A DNA stretch of 64,000 nt from an uncultured bacterium. Lineage in GTDB: Bacteria > Fidelibacterota > Marinisomatia > Marinisomatales > UBA1611. The notes under the pieces were generated by a model. The model was not told where the DNA came from, searched no databases, and was given only the letters and a program-made list of their open reading frames with translations. This document shows, piece after piece, positions 1 through 8,250 of this stretch; position 1 is the first letter of the stretch; each line of letters begins with the position of its first letter. The stretch covers positions 32,001 to 96,000 of the forward strand of contig CBFIBM010000001.1 of the NCBI GenBank assembly GCA_965660855.1, read 5' to 3'. Made by a program: the position numbers and the translations under genes.

Positions 1-37
1 TTGTTGGGTAACTATTACAAATGATGGCAATTTTCAT
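1..37 (-). CDS. Partial CDS (N-terminus only, runs off the window); probable glycosyltransferase
   Basis: ATG at 37 on the minus strand reads MKIAIICNSYPT, a typical GT-B glycosyltransferase N-terminus. It lies 6 nt after the wzy-like stop, in a polysaccharide operon. Confidence 0.55.
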   Translation of the reverse strand, partial: MKIAIICNSYPT

Positions 38-43
38 GAAATA

Positions 44-1288
44 CTAAGAATTTTTAATTTTTCGATTCTGTGATAGACTTCCAAGGAAGAAAAAGAATAA
101 TGTTCCAGATGTAACAGAGTCTATTACATGACCACCAAAAAATGCATATAATAAAAATAAAGAAAAAACTAAACCATCTCTTGTAAAAATTATTTTAATA
201 TATGTCTGGATATTCCAAAAAATGATTACTAGAAATAAAACAAGGCCAACTATCCCATATTTGAAAAAAAAGTCAAAAAAATCCATTGATGCATGTCTGA
301 AAATAAATTCTCCGCGTTTCTCCCAAAAAATATTTTGACCCGTTAAACTTTTTCCAAATAATGCTGAATTTAAATTTTTATAAGATTCATTCATCTGGAT
401 GTTCATGGATGCATATCTTCTAAAATTAACAGATGCAACGTTATTAATCATTTTATTATCATAAAGTCCACCAACTTTTTCTGCAGCCGCTATTGATTTA
501 CTAATATTGAGCCCAAATCTTTTTTCATAAAGTTCAATAGCTTTTTCTGATATTGTAGAAAAAGATAAAATCATAATAAATGAGGAAAATGTATAGAATA
601 TCAACTTATTCAAACTAAGGTATTTTCTCTTTAAAGCAAAAAAGATTGGTATTATGAATCCAAAAATACTTTTTGATGCTATTATAAAACCGTTAAATAA
701 GGTAAAAGAAATTGGAATAATTTTTCTTCTTAATGTACCATCCATTATAAAAAAAGTGAAGAAAATTAGATTCAAAATTGATACTGGGTTTCCTCCTTGG
801 AACATTCCTTTCGAAGTACCTGAAAAACGATATGCTTCTAAGCCAAATCCAAAAAAATAACCATTGAACAGGTTTAAGGTTAGAACAGTAAAGTTAATAA
901 GCATGATTTTTTGTATCAAGTTTTCAGTAATAAAAAATCTGTTTCTGACATAAACTAGAATGAAAATTAAAAATTGCTGTCTTAAAATATATGGAATGTT
1001 TTCTGAGAACATCCGACCAGAGGGATTAATTATATAATTAAAGAATAAGTTGAAAATAAAATAACATAATATTAAAATTGCAAAAAATTCATCAGCATAT
1101 AATTTTTTTTTTTTTAATTGATAAACGTAATAAAAAATTAATATTAAAACTAGAGGACCTCTTACCCAATATCCAATATTAAATAAAGGGTTTGTAATTC
1201 CGATATAAACTCTTATAAACCCACTAATTGCATCAATAAATAAAAATAAATATAAATAATGCTTAATTAAAAAATTTAGGTTCAGCAT
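44..1288 (-). CDS. O-antigen/polysaccharide polymerase or ligase-like polytopic membrane protein (Wzy/WaaL-like)
   Basis: 414 aa with about 10 hydrophobic segments, a large loop, and a late H-x-D-x-F-D...YGIVG motif of the Wzy_C type; adjacent to wzx/wzz. Confidence 0.7.
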   Translation of the reverse strand: MLNLNFLIKHYLYLFLFIDAISGFIRVYIGITNPLFNIGYWVRGPLVLILIFYYVYQLKKKKLYADEFFAILILCYFIFNLFFNYIINPSGRMFSENIPYILRQQFLIFILVYVRNRFFITENLIQKIMLINFTVLTLNLFNGYFFGFGLEAYRFSGTSKGMFQGGNPVSILNLIFFTFFIMDGTLRRKIIPISFTLFNGFIIASKSIFGFIIPIFFALKRKYLSLNKLIFYTFSSFIMILSFSTISEKAIELYEKRFGLNISKSIAAAEKVGGLYDNKMINNVASVNFRRYASMNIQMNESYKNLNSALFGKSLTGQNIFWEKRGEFIFRHASMDFFDFFFKYGIVGLVLFLVIIFWNIQTYIKIIFTRDGLVFSLFLLYAFFGGHVIDSVTSGTLFFFFLGSLSQNRKIKNS

Positions 1289-2517
1289 ATATTTATTTTT
1301 TTCTTCAATAAATTTATTTTAGTTATTGCAGTAGCTATTTGAAATCCTATTCCAACTAGAATACCAATTGTATAGCCTATAGCTACTCCCAATAACCCTA
1401 AATTGGGGATTAATAACAACCAAGTAGCCAATGACACAGTTAAGATTATAATACCTCCAATATTAGGATAAATAACATATTTTGTTCCTGACAAAAAAGC
1501 AACAAATGGTATTGAGATCATTCGGATAAATACACTCGGAATTAAGATAGTTAATGCTGCGCTTCCAGAAATAAAATTTTCTCCAAATATTCCAAGGATA
1601 TCTTCAGAGAAAACAAAGATTAAAGAACAAATTGAAAAAGACAAAAAAATTAACAATAATGTTGATTTTTTTAATATTCTCAGAATTTCATCAAAATTAT
1701 TTTGACCAAATAACTTGGAAAACTCCGGAAGAAAAACTTGAGTAAATAGTTTAGGTATAAACATTAAAATACTAATAAACGATAAAATAGATGAGTATAT
1801 ACCGGCTTCAGAATTTGTTAAATACATTCCTGTAATAATTACTGATAAATAACCAGTTCCAGTGCTAGCCACAGTACCAATCATACTTGTAAAACCATAT
1901 TTGTAAAATATAGATGAGGTGACCTTACTATTAAATGTTTTATCTTCAATTAAATTGGATATAATTTTTTTATAATTTAGGATAAATGTGATTACAGATA
2001 ATATGATAAAAAATGAATAAGAAATAATAAGAGTTTTAATTAATAATGCATCCAATTTATTTGTACAAACGTACAAAATAGAACAAACCATTATTAATCC
2101 TGAAACTATTTCAATAATTACATATTGTTTGACTAAGTCTATACCGTAGAAGGCTCTTCTAAAAATTATATAAAAAGTTCTAACAAATATATAAACTAAT
2201 ATCGTTATTCTTATGTCGGCAGGTAATGAAAACAAATTATAAAATGAAGACCATCCAAAATAAATAATTATTGAGGATATAATAAGAGATATGAATGATC
2301 CAAAAAATATTAATTTTATTACATGGTTGAATTTATTCAAATTTTGAGATCCTCTGTATTCTGCTAAAAACTTATTGCCAGAACTTCCAAAAAAATTTGT
2401 TATAAAAATTGTGATAATTAATGAAAAGCTTATTGAAATACTAACTGAGCCTAAAACCTCATCACCAAAATTTTTTGCAATAAGGAAATTAAATAGAAAT
2501 GGTACTAGTCCAACCAT
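1282..2517 (-). CDS. wzx: Oligosaccharide flippase (Wzx/MOP family); the frame stays open upstream to 2583, so the true start may be earlier
   Basis: About 12 TM segments with MOP motifs (AGIYSS, VFLPEFSKLF, LIPNLGLLGVAIG); operon context. Confidence 0.8.
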   Translation of the reverse strand: MVGLVPFLFNFLIAKNFGDEVLGSVSISISFSLIITIFITNFFGSSGNKFLAEYRGSQNLNKFNHVIKLIFFGSFISLIISSIIIYFGWSSFYNLFSLPADIRITILVYIFVRTFYIIFRRAFYGIDLVKQYVIIEIVSGLIMVCSILYVCTNKLDALLIKTLIISYSFFIILSVITFILNYKKIISNLIEDKTFNSKVTSSIFYKYGFTSMIGTVASTGTGYLSVIITGMYLTNSEAGIYSSILSFISILMFIPKLFTQVFLPEFSKLFGQNNFDEILRILKKSTLLLIFLSFSICSLIFVFSEDILGIFGENFISGSAALTILIPSVFIRMISIPFVAFLSGTKYVIYPNIGGIIILTVSLATWLLLIPNLGLLGVAIGYTIGILVGIGFQIATAITKINLLKKKINIC

Positions 2518-2583
2518 TACTAGCGCAATAGCTGTATAAAAAGAATTGAGTATTAAACGATTATTTTTAATAACCCTTGTCTC

Positions 2584-3783
2584 TTAATTTTTTCGATCAG
2601 AAAATAACGCAAAAGGGATAGAAAGCATACATCCTGTAAAAAATGATAGTATGACAATAAGAGTTCTCTTAGGCCTAGATTTTTTAACAGCCGGTTCAGC
2701 TAAATCTAGAATATTTATTAGTAGCTTTTCTTTGGCTTCATCAATTTTTGCTATTTCAAGCTGTTGACGAATTGTTATATATACAGTCCTATTCTCTTCA
2801 ACACGACTTTCGAGCCTTTCTCTAATCATTTCCGTGGTAGGAGTATCAAGGCGTAATGGATTATTTTTTCGAAATTTTGTAAGTTTGTCTTCTGAGTTTT
2901 CTGTTTTTAATTTTGCTTCTTCCATTTGCTTCTGCACAAAAATAATATTTCTATTTGCTTCCCTTTTCTGTTCTATAGAAATAAAGTTTTTTACATATTC
3001 TGCTATATAATTTGCAATGTTTGAAGCTAGTATTGGATCCTCCATTTGAACTCGAACAGTTATTAAACCTGAAATTTCTTCTTTTACAGAAATTAAATCA
3101 TCTAACTTTAAAATCGATTCATATGTGTACAAGTCTAATTTATTAAGATTTTGGCTACCTGATGGAAGAATGCTCCGTATTATTTTCATTGGTGAAAACA
3201 TTTTTATTTTATCTATTTCCCAATAGGTAATAAGGTTTGAACCTTTTGGGTATTTTTGTGATTTCCAATCTTTAAGAACAATATCTTTTTTTAACCTTCT
3301 ACTTCTAATAATATCAGGAATATTGTAGGTAGGTGCACTAGAGAGCCCGCCCATGCCAAAAGATTTTGCTAAACCTTGAAAATCTCCTAAAATACCTCCG
3401 CTTTGGCTTAGCTCACCCGCAGGGTATAATGAAATATTTGACTCAAAATAAATGGTAGCAATCAGGGAATAAGTCAAGCCAATAGTTGTGGATATAAGTG
3501 CAAATTTCACAACTAGTTTTTTCTTATACTTTAAAATATTCCAAATTTCTTTCACATTAATTTCATCATTATCCGTAATCAATGAATCTTGTTCAGATTT
3601 AATATTTTTTTTATCTAAATCTATAAATCCTCTTTTACGAAATTCTGCAATCCTATTTCTTAATGTTTTTTCAGTAAGTCCATTTTGTTTTGCTATGAGG
3701 CTCCTTTCCTCGGGACTGTCAATTATTTTTGGATGTTGCTCAATAATTTTTAATATTTTTTCTTCGTGAGGAGTTAGTTTCAT
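2584..3783 (-). CDS. wzz: Polysaccharide chain-length determinant (Wzz/PCP family) with an extra N-terminal HTH-like domain
   Basis: DEINVKEIW before TM1, a coiled-coil middle, and Pro-rich AEPAVKKSRPKR before TM2; no kinase domain. Residues 1-55 are HTH-like. Confidence 0.8.
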   Translation of the reverse strand: MKLTPHEEKILKIIEQHPKIIDSPEERSLIAKQNGLTEKTLRNRIAEFRKRGFIDLDKKNIKSEQDSLITDNDEINVKEIWNILKYKKKLVVKFALISTTIGLTYSLIATIYFESNISLYPAGELSQSGGILGDFQGLAKSFGMGGLSSAPTYNIPDIIRSRRLKKDIVLKDWKSQKYPKGSNLITYWEIDKIKMFSPMKIIRSILPSGSQNLNKLDLYTYESILKLDDLISVKEEISGLITVRVQMEDPILASNIANYIAEYVKNFISIEQKREANRNIIFVQKQMEEAKLKTENSEDKLTKFRKNNPLRLDTPTTEMIRERLESRVEENRTVYITIRQQLEIAKIDEAKEKLLINILDLAEPAVKKSRPKRTLIVILSFFTGCMLSIPFALFSDRKN

Positions 3784-3790
3784 ATTTTTT

Positions 3791-5485
3791 TTAGTTATTT
3801 TCTAAAATTCGTTGAATAACTACAATTGTAGTAATTATTTGAGAAAAAGCAGTGATTGCTTCTCTAGTTATTATCCATTTTTCATAGTCGGGTTTTTCAG
3901 GAATGAATATTATATCAGTATTTTCAATTATTTGATTTTTTTTAAATTTTTTCTTTTGTCCTGTCGAGGATTTTATTAGAAATCTTTTACTACTTCTTCC
4001 TTTAATTAGGCCACCTGATTGATCAATATAATAAGAGATTGATTTATCTTTTATATATGGATACCTACCAGGCTTATTTACGGCACCTATAACTTCAATG
4101 TAAGGATAATAAGTAGGTATATGGATTTCGTCGTTTGCTAAAATTAATTCTTTAGAATTTTTTAAAATATTTAATTTTGTTTCCAAATACCCTTTCTGCG
4201 ACCTAATTCTAGCTTTTGCATATGCATTTTCATCAGTTGTTCTATTCAAATCATTAATTAATAAGATTCTTTCTAACTCTAAATCGGTCTCTTCTCCAAT
4301 CTCTTTATTATAAATTCTAATTTTACTTGTGTCGGCATATTCTGTAAATCCACCTGCACTTTGAATTAATTTATTAAATGAAGTTGTTAATGGATAAATG
4401 CCTGGATAATTAATTTCTCCGGATATTTTTACCATTTTTTTTGATTTCTTGTAATCTAAGTAGGGAATCATTACCTGATCTTCAGGAGATAACTTAAAAG
4501 AATTTTTTTCACCAAGACTTAAGTAAGTAGACTTACTGTCAAACTTATTCGAATGAATGATTTCCACTTTGATCTCTTTTATATCCTTTTTGAGACCTCC
4601 AGATAACTCGATGAGGTCTTCCAGTGTATCACCGTATTTATATTCATAGCTACCTGCATTTTGTATTCCTCCGTAGATATAATTTTTATATTCTATAAAT
4701 GGGATATTAATTATATCTCCTTGATTTATATACGGGTTTTGGGAAATGTCGCCCGTAGATTGAAATCTTTGAAGATCTATATTAATGGTATCATTAGCCC
4801 TAATAACTTTAATGTTTCTTTTAGATAATTTTTTGAAATCTATTAAGTCTTTATTCTCAGGTATCCGATTATTGTACAACTCTTCAATTGAATAACTATT
4901 TTGGTAATTAGAATTTTCCTTGCTGTTTTTTTCAGATTTGTTACTTAGTTCTTCTTGTATTTGCTCCTCATATTTCTGTGTTACATCAGCAAATAAATCC
5001 GATATACGACTGATGGCTGTAGATGAAAAATATCCAGCATTTTTAAAATGACCAGTAACAAGAACTTTAAATTCGCGTATTCCTTCTAATTCAACATTTA
5101 CTTGAGCATCTAGATTCCAAGTCTTTATCTTATTTCTAATAAGTTTAATGAGCTGATCAAGAGTTAATTTGTTAGTTTTGATTATACCAACGGAAGGAAT
5201 TAAAAGTTCACCGGAGGGTGATATGATAAGATTATAATCAAATGTTTCATTGCTAGAAATAACATTTATATGAATTTTATCGCCAGGGCCAACCCTATAA
5301 TCTTCAGGTATCACAGATTTATCTAAAATGAATAAGTCCTTTTTCCCAGAATTTGAAGAATAGTTTGCATTAGAGGTATTTGCCTTTGCCATTCTTTTTT
5401 GTGCCATACGTAGGGAATTAATATCTAAAGTTTGTAATTGTGGCAAGCAGTGAATAGTTAATACTATAACAAGAATTCGTTTCAT
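3791..5485 (-). CDS. Polysaccharide export protein with Poly_export and multiple SLBB domains (Wza/KpsD-like)
   Basis: Signal peptide, DYRVGPGD poly_export motif, repeated G-(E/A)-(I/V)-xxPG-x-Y ... (S/A)GG SLBB units, C-terminal amphipathic helix. Confidence 0.85.
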   Translation of the reverse strand: MKRILVIVLTIHCLPQLQTLDINSLRMAQKRMAKANTSNANYSSNSGKKDLFILDKSVIPEDYRVGPGDKIHINVISSNETFDYNLIISPSGELLIPSVGIIKTNKLTLDQLIKLIRNKIKTWNLDAQVNVELEGIREFKVLVTGHFKNAGYFSSTAISRISDLFADVTQKYEEQIQEELSNKSEKNSKENSNYQNSYSIEELYNNRIPENKDLIDFKKLSKRNIKVIRANDTINIDLQRFQSTGDISQNPYINQGDIINIPFIEYKNYIYGGIQNAGSYEYKYGDTLEDLIELSGGLKKDIKEIKVEIIHSNKFDSKSTYLSLGEKNSFKLSPEDQVMIPYLDYKKSKKMVKISGEINYPGIYPLTTSFNKLIQSAGGFTEYADTSKIRIYNKEIGEETDLELERILLINDLNRTTDENAYAKARIRSQKGYLETKLNILKNSKELILANDEIHIPTYYPYIEVIGAVNKPGRYPYIKDKSISYYIDQSGGLIKGRSSKRFLIKSSTGQKKKFKKNQIIENTDIIFIPEKPDYEKWIITREAITAFSQIITTIVVIQRILENN

Positions 5486-5509
5486 AATTTTAATTTATTT
5501 TTTTTGGAT

Positions 5510-5606
5510 ATGATTACAGGAACGGATCTCTATCCTTTTATATTTTCAGTTATTTTTTATTTGTTAAACTAATAGCAGTTTAAATCGATAGAGTATCCTG
5601 AATCAT
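5510..5606. promoter_or_regulatory. Nested inverted repeats; putative structured leader or small RNA upstream of the polysaccharide operon
   Basis: GGATCTCTATC (5524-5534) pairs with GATAGAG-T-ATCC (5587-5598). Outer pairings ATGATT/AATCAT and CAGGA/TCCTG; inner hairpin TTAAACT/AGTTTAA (5564-5583). Confidence 0.4.
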
Positions 5607-5649
5607 TATTGAAATTATTCCTATTATTAGGGACATGCAAACAAATTAT

Positions 5650-5667
5650 TGCCCGGGCATATGCCCG
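5650..5667. promoter_or_regulatory. GC-rich overlapping palindromes, candidate operator
   Basis: TGCCCGGGCA (5650-5659) and CGGGCATATGCCCG (5654-5667) are both perfect palindromes, set in an AT-rich divergent intergenic region. Confidence 0.35.
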
Positions 5668-5689
5668 ATTTAGATTGGTTTTGTTATTA

Positions 5690-5719
5690 TTGGTTTTATA
5701 CTGAAAAGCCAAATAAATT
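5690..5719 (+). promoter_or_regulatory. Putative housekeeping promoter TTG-N21-TANNTT for serS
   Basis: TTG at 5690-5692, 21-nt spacer, TAAATT at 5714-5719; the same geometry occurs before mltD and nuoA. Confidence 0.35.
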
Positions 5720-5745
5720 AAATAAATAAAATTAGATAAAATAAT

Positions 5746-7014
5746 ATGATTTCAATAAAAGAAATAAGAGAAAAACCAGAGTATATAGAGAAAAAGCTGA
5801 TTTCTAAGAACGATAGATCGGATATTAGTAATCTTTTAAAAATTGATAATGAGCTGAGAAATCTAAAAACTAAATCTAGTGAATTAAGAGCTAGTCGTAA
5901 TTCAGCTTCGGAGAGTATTGCTTTAATTATAAAAAATGGTGAAGATCCATCTCATGTAATAAGTCAAACAAAAAATATTGGTGAAGAATTAAAGTTTGTT
6001 GAAAAAGAATTAGACAGAGTAGAAAAAGAGTTCAGCTATATTATGGAAAGAATTCCAAATACCCCGCATGATTCTGTTCCAGTTGGGGAAAATGAATCTG
6101 AAAATATGTTAGTCAGAGAATGGGGAGAGAAGAAAGAATATGATTTTCCTCTGAAAAACCATTTGGAAATTGGTGAAAGCTTAAATCTTTTTGATTTTAA
6201 AAGAGGAGCAAAATTATCTGGTAGTGGATTTCCACTCTACGTAGGCAAAGGTGCAGAACTGGAAAGGAAATTAATTAATGCTATGCTAGACTATCATATT
6301 CACACCTTTGATTTTAAAGAAGTTTTACCATCAGTATTGATAAATAAAGAATCGATGCAAACAACTGGGCAACTTCCAAAATTTCAAGATGATATGTATC
6401 ATACTGAGGTGGATAATTTATATTTAGCACCTACTGCTGAAGTACCAATAACCAGTTTTCATAGAAATGAAATTTTAAATGAATCTGATCTTCCCCTGAA
6501 ATATGTTGGTTATACACCGTGTTTTCGAAGAGAATCAGGATCTTATGGTAAAGATACAAGAGGCCTACTTCGAGTACATCAATTTAATAAAGTTGAGCTT
6601 GTAGAATTCACCACACCTGAACAGTCATTTGATCGATTAGAAGCATTAACTTTACAAGCTGAAAGTGTGTTGCAAAAATTAGGTCTACATTATAGAGTGA
6701 TAGAGTTATGTTCTGGAGATTTAAGTTTCTCAGCTTCAAAGTGTTATGATATAGAAATATGGGCTCCTGCTGAGAAAAAATGGCTGGAAGTTTCATCTTG
6801 TAGTAATTTTGAAAGTTTTCAAGCCAGAAGAGGTAATATTAAATATCGTTCGGATAAAAATAAAAAAATAAATTTTATACATACTATAAATGGATCGGGA
6901 GTTGCAACTCCAAGGCTTGTGGTTGCATTAATTGAAACATATCAGAATTCGGAGGGTATTGTTCGATTTCCAAAAGAAGTTGCTTCTTTTTTAGGCATTA
7001 AAGAACTTTTATAA
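5746..7014 (+). CDS. serS: Serine--tRNA ligase
   Basis: N-terminal coiled-coil arm; PTAEVP, CFRRESG, GLLRVHQF, EVSSCSN, NGSGVATPR motifs. Confidence 0.98.
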   Translation: MISIKEIREKPEYIEKKLISKNDRSDISNLLKIDNELRNLKTKSSELRASRNSASESIALIIKNGEDPSHVISQTKNIGEELKFVEKELDRVEKEFSYIMERIPNTPHDSVPVGENESENMLVREWGEKKEYDFPLKNHLEIGESLNLFDFKRGAKLSGSGFPLYVGKGAELERKLINAMLDYHIHTFDFKEVLPSVLINKESMQTTGQLPKFQDDMYHTEVDNLYLAPTAEVPITSFHRNEILNESDLPLKYVGYTPCFRRESGSYGKDTRGLLRVHQFNKVELVEFTTPEQSFDRLEALTLQAESVLQKLGLHYRVIELCSGDLSFSASKCYDIEIWAPAEKKWLEVSSCSNFESFQARRGNIKYRSDKNKKINFIHTINGSGVATPRLVVALIETYQNSEGIVRFPKEVASFLGIKELL

Positions 7015-7722
7015 TTGAGGTATTTTTTTCTATGCATTAATGTAGTTCTATGGACAAATGTGTTTGGGCTATTTGGAATTTTTATTTCTTTTTTTGAAAA
7101 AAAAAAGGGTCAGATGCTTGGGAAATGTGCAAGGAAATGGGGGCAAACAATATTATTGCTTTCAGGAATTAAATATTCAGTATCAGGGTTAGATAATATA
7201 CAAACTGAAAACAAATCTTATTTTTTTGCTTCTAACCATGCTTCTGCATTAGATATCCCATTAGCATTCGCAGGAATCCCAATCTGGCTTGTCTCAATTG
7301 CAAAAATTGAATTGAAATCAATACCTATTCTAGGTTGGGTTATGACAACAGCTGGACATGTCTTTGTTGATAGAAAAAATAAGGAAAAAGCATTTTCATC
7401 ATTAGAAATTGCAAAAAAAACATTAAATAAAAATCCGAGATCCATACTTATTTTTCCAGAGGGAACCAGAACAATCAATGGAGAATTAATGGATTTCAAA
7501 ACGGGTGGTTTAAAAATGGCTATCGATCTTGGAATACCCATAGTCCCGATAGCTTGCAGAGGTACTTATGAAATGTTAAAGAAAGGTTCAAAGAAAATTG
7601 GAAATAATAAATTAGAATTAAAAATTGGGAGTCCAATTTTCACTGATATTGACAGAAAATTAGATAAAAAGGATATTGCAATAATACTTAGAAAATCCAT
7701 AGAAAAATTATTAAATGATTAG
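7015..7722 (+). CDS. plsC: 1-acyl-sn-glycerol-3-phosphate acyltransferase (TTG start)
   Basis: SNHASALD (HxxxxD), FVDR and IFPEGTR motifs. Confidence 0.9.
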   Translation: MRYFFLCINVVLWTNVFGLFGIFISFFEKKKGQMLGKCARKWGQTILLLSGIKYSVSGLDNIQTENKSYFFASNHASALDIPLAFAGIPIWLVSIAKIELKSIPILGWVMTTAGHVFVDRKNKEKAFSSLEIAKKTLNKNPRSILIFPEGTRTINGELMDFKTGGLKMAIDLGIPIVPIACRGTYEMLKKGSKKIGNNKLELKIGSPIFTDIDRKLDKKDIAIILRKSIEKLLND

Positions 7723-7731
7723 ACAATTTAG

Positions 7732-8190
7732 ATGATAGATAAAAGAATTTTAATTGAAAAATGCTATGATTTGAGGAAAAAATCTCATTCTGTTGTTTTT
7801 GCTAATGGATGTTTTGATCTATTACATAAAGGGCATATTGACCTGCTTAGTGCAGCCGCAAATTTGGGTGAATATCTTATTGTCGGTCTAAATTCTGATT
7901 CCTCAGTAAGGAGGCTCAAAGGGCCTGATCGACCCATTCAAAAACAAGAAGTTCGAAAGAAAAACTTGCTAAAATTAGAATTTGTAAAAGATGTTTTTAT
8001 TTTCGATGAGGATACGCCTTTAAATCTGATTAATATTTTAAAACCCAAATTTTTAGTTAAAGGTGGAGATTACAAATCAGAAGAAATTGTGGGGTACAAA
8101 GAAGTCAGGAGTTGGGGTGGAGTGGTTAAAACAGTCAAGCTCACACCAGGTTTTAGTACAACAATTTCAATTAATAAAAAAAGACTTTAG
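7732..8190 (+). CDS. rfaE2: D-glycero-beta-D-manno-heptose 1-phosphate adenylyltransferase (RfaE domain II, standalone)
   Basis: NGCFDLLHKGH, VGLNSDSSVRRLKG, LVKGGDY, FSTT motifs. Confidence 0.9.
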   Translation: MIDKRILIEKCYDLRKKSHSVVFANGCFDLLHKGHIDLLSAAANLGEYLIVGLNSDSSVRRLKGPDRPIQKQEVRKKNLLKLEFVKDVFIFDEDTPLNLINILKPKFLVKGGDYKSEEIVGYKEVRSWGGVVKTVKLTPGFSTTISINKKRL

Positions 8191-8193
8191 GGG

Positions 8194-8223
8194 TTGTTGA
8201 ATGTATAATATGAAACTTATATT
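8194..8223 (+). promoter_or_regulatory. Putative promoter TTG-N21-TANNTT for mltD
   Basis: TTG at 8194-8196, 21-nt spacer, TATATT at 8218-8223. Confidence 0.35.
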
Positions 8224-8250
8224 TCATGGCGGAGTTTCGTTTAAATTCAA

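Noticed and set aside
2518..2586. Stop-codon readthrough creating a Wzz-Wzx fusion
   Set aside because: The in-frame stop is TAA, the main stop codon here, and there is no readthrough signal. An in-frame neighbour arises by chance one time in three.
5486..5745. ops/JUMPStart element, T-box or short leader ORF in the wza-serS gap
   Set aside because: No GGCGGTAG or T-box consensus is visible. The only ORF noticed (18 aa, MSLIIGIISIMIQDTLSI, minus strand) has no support.
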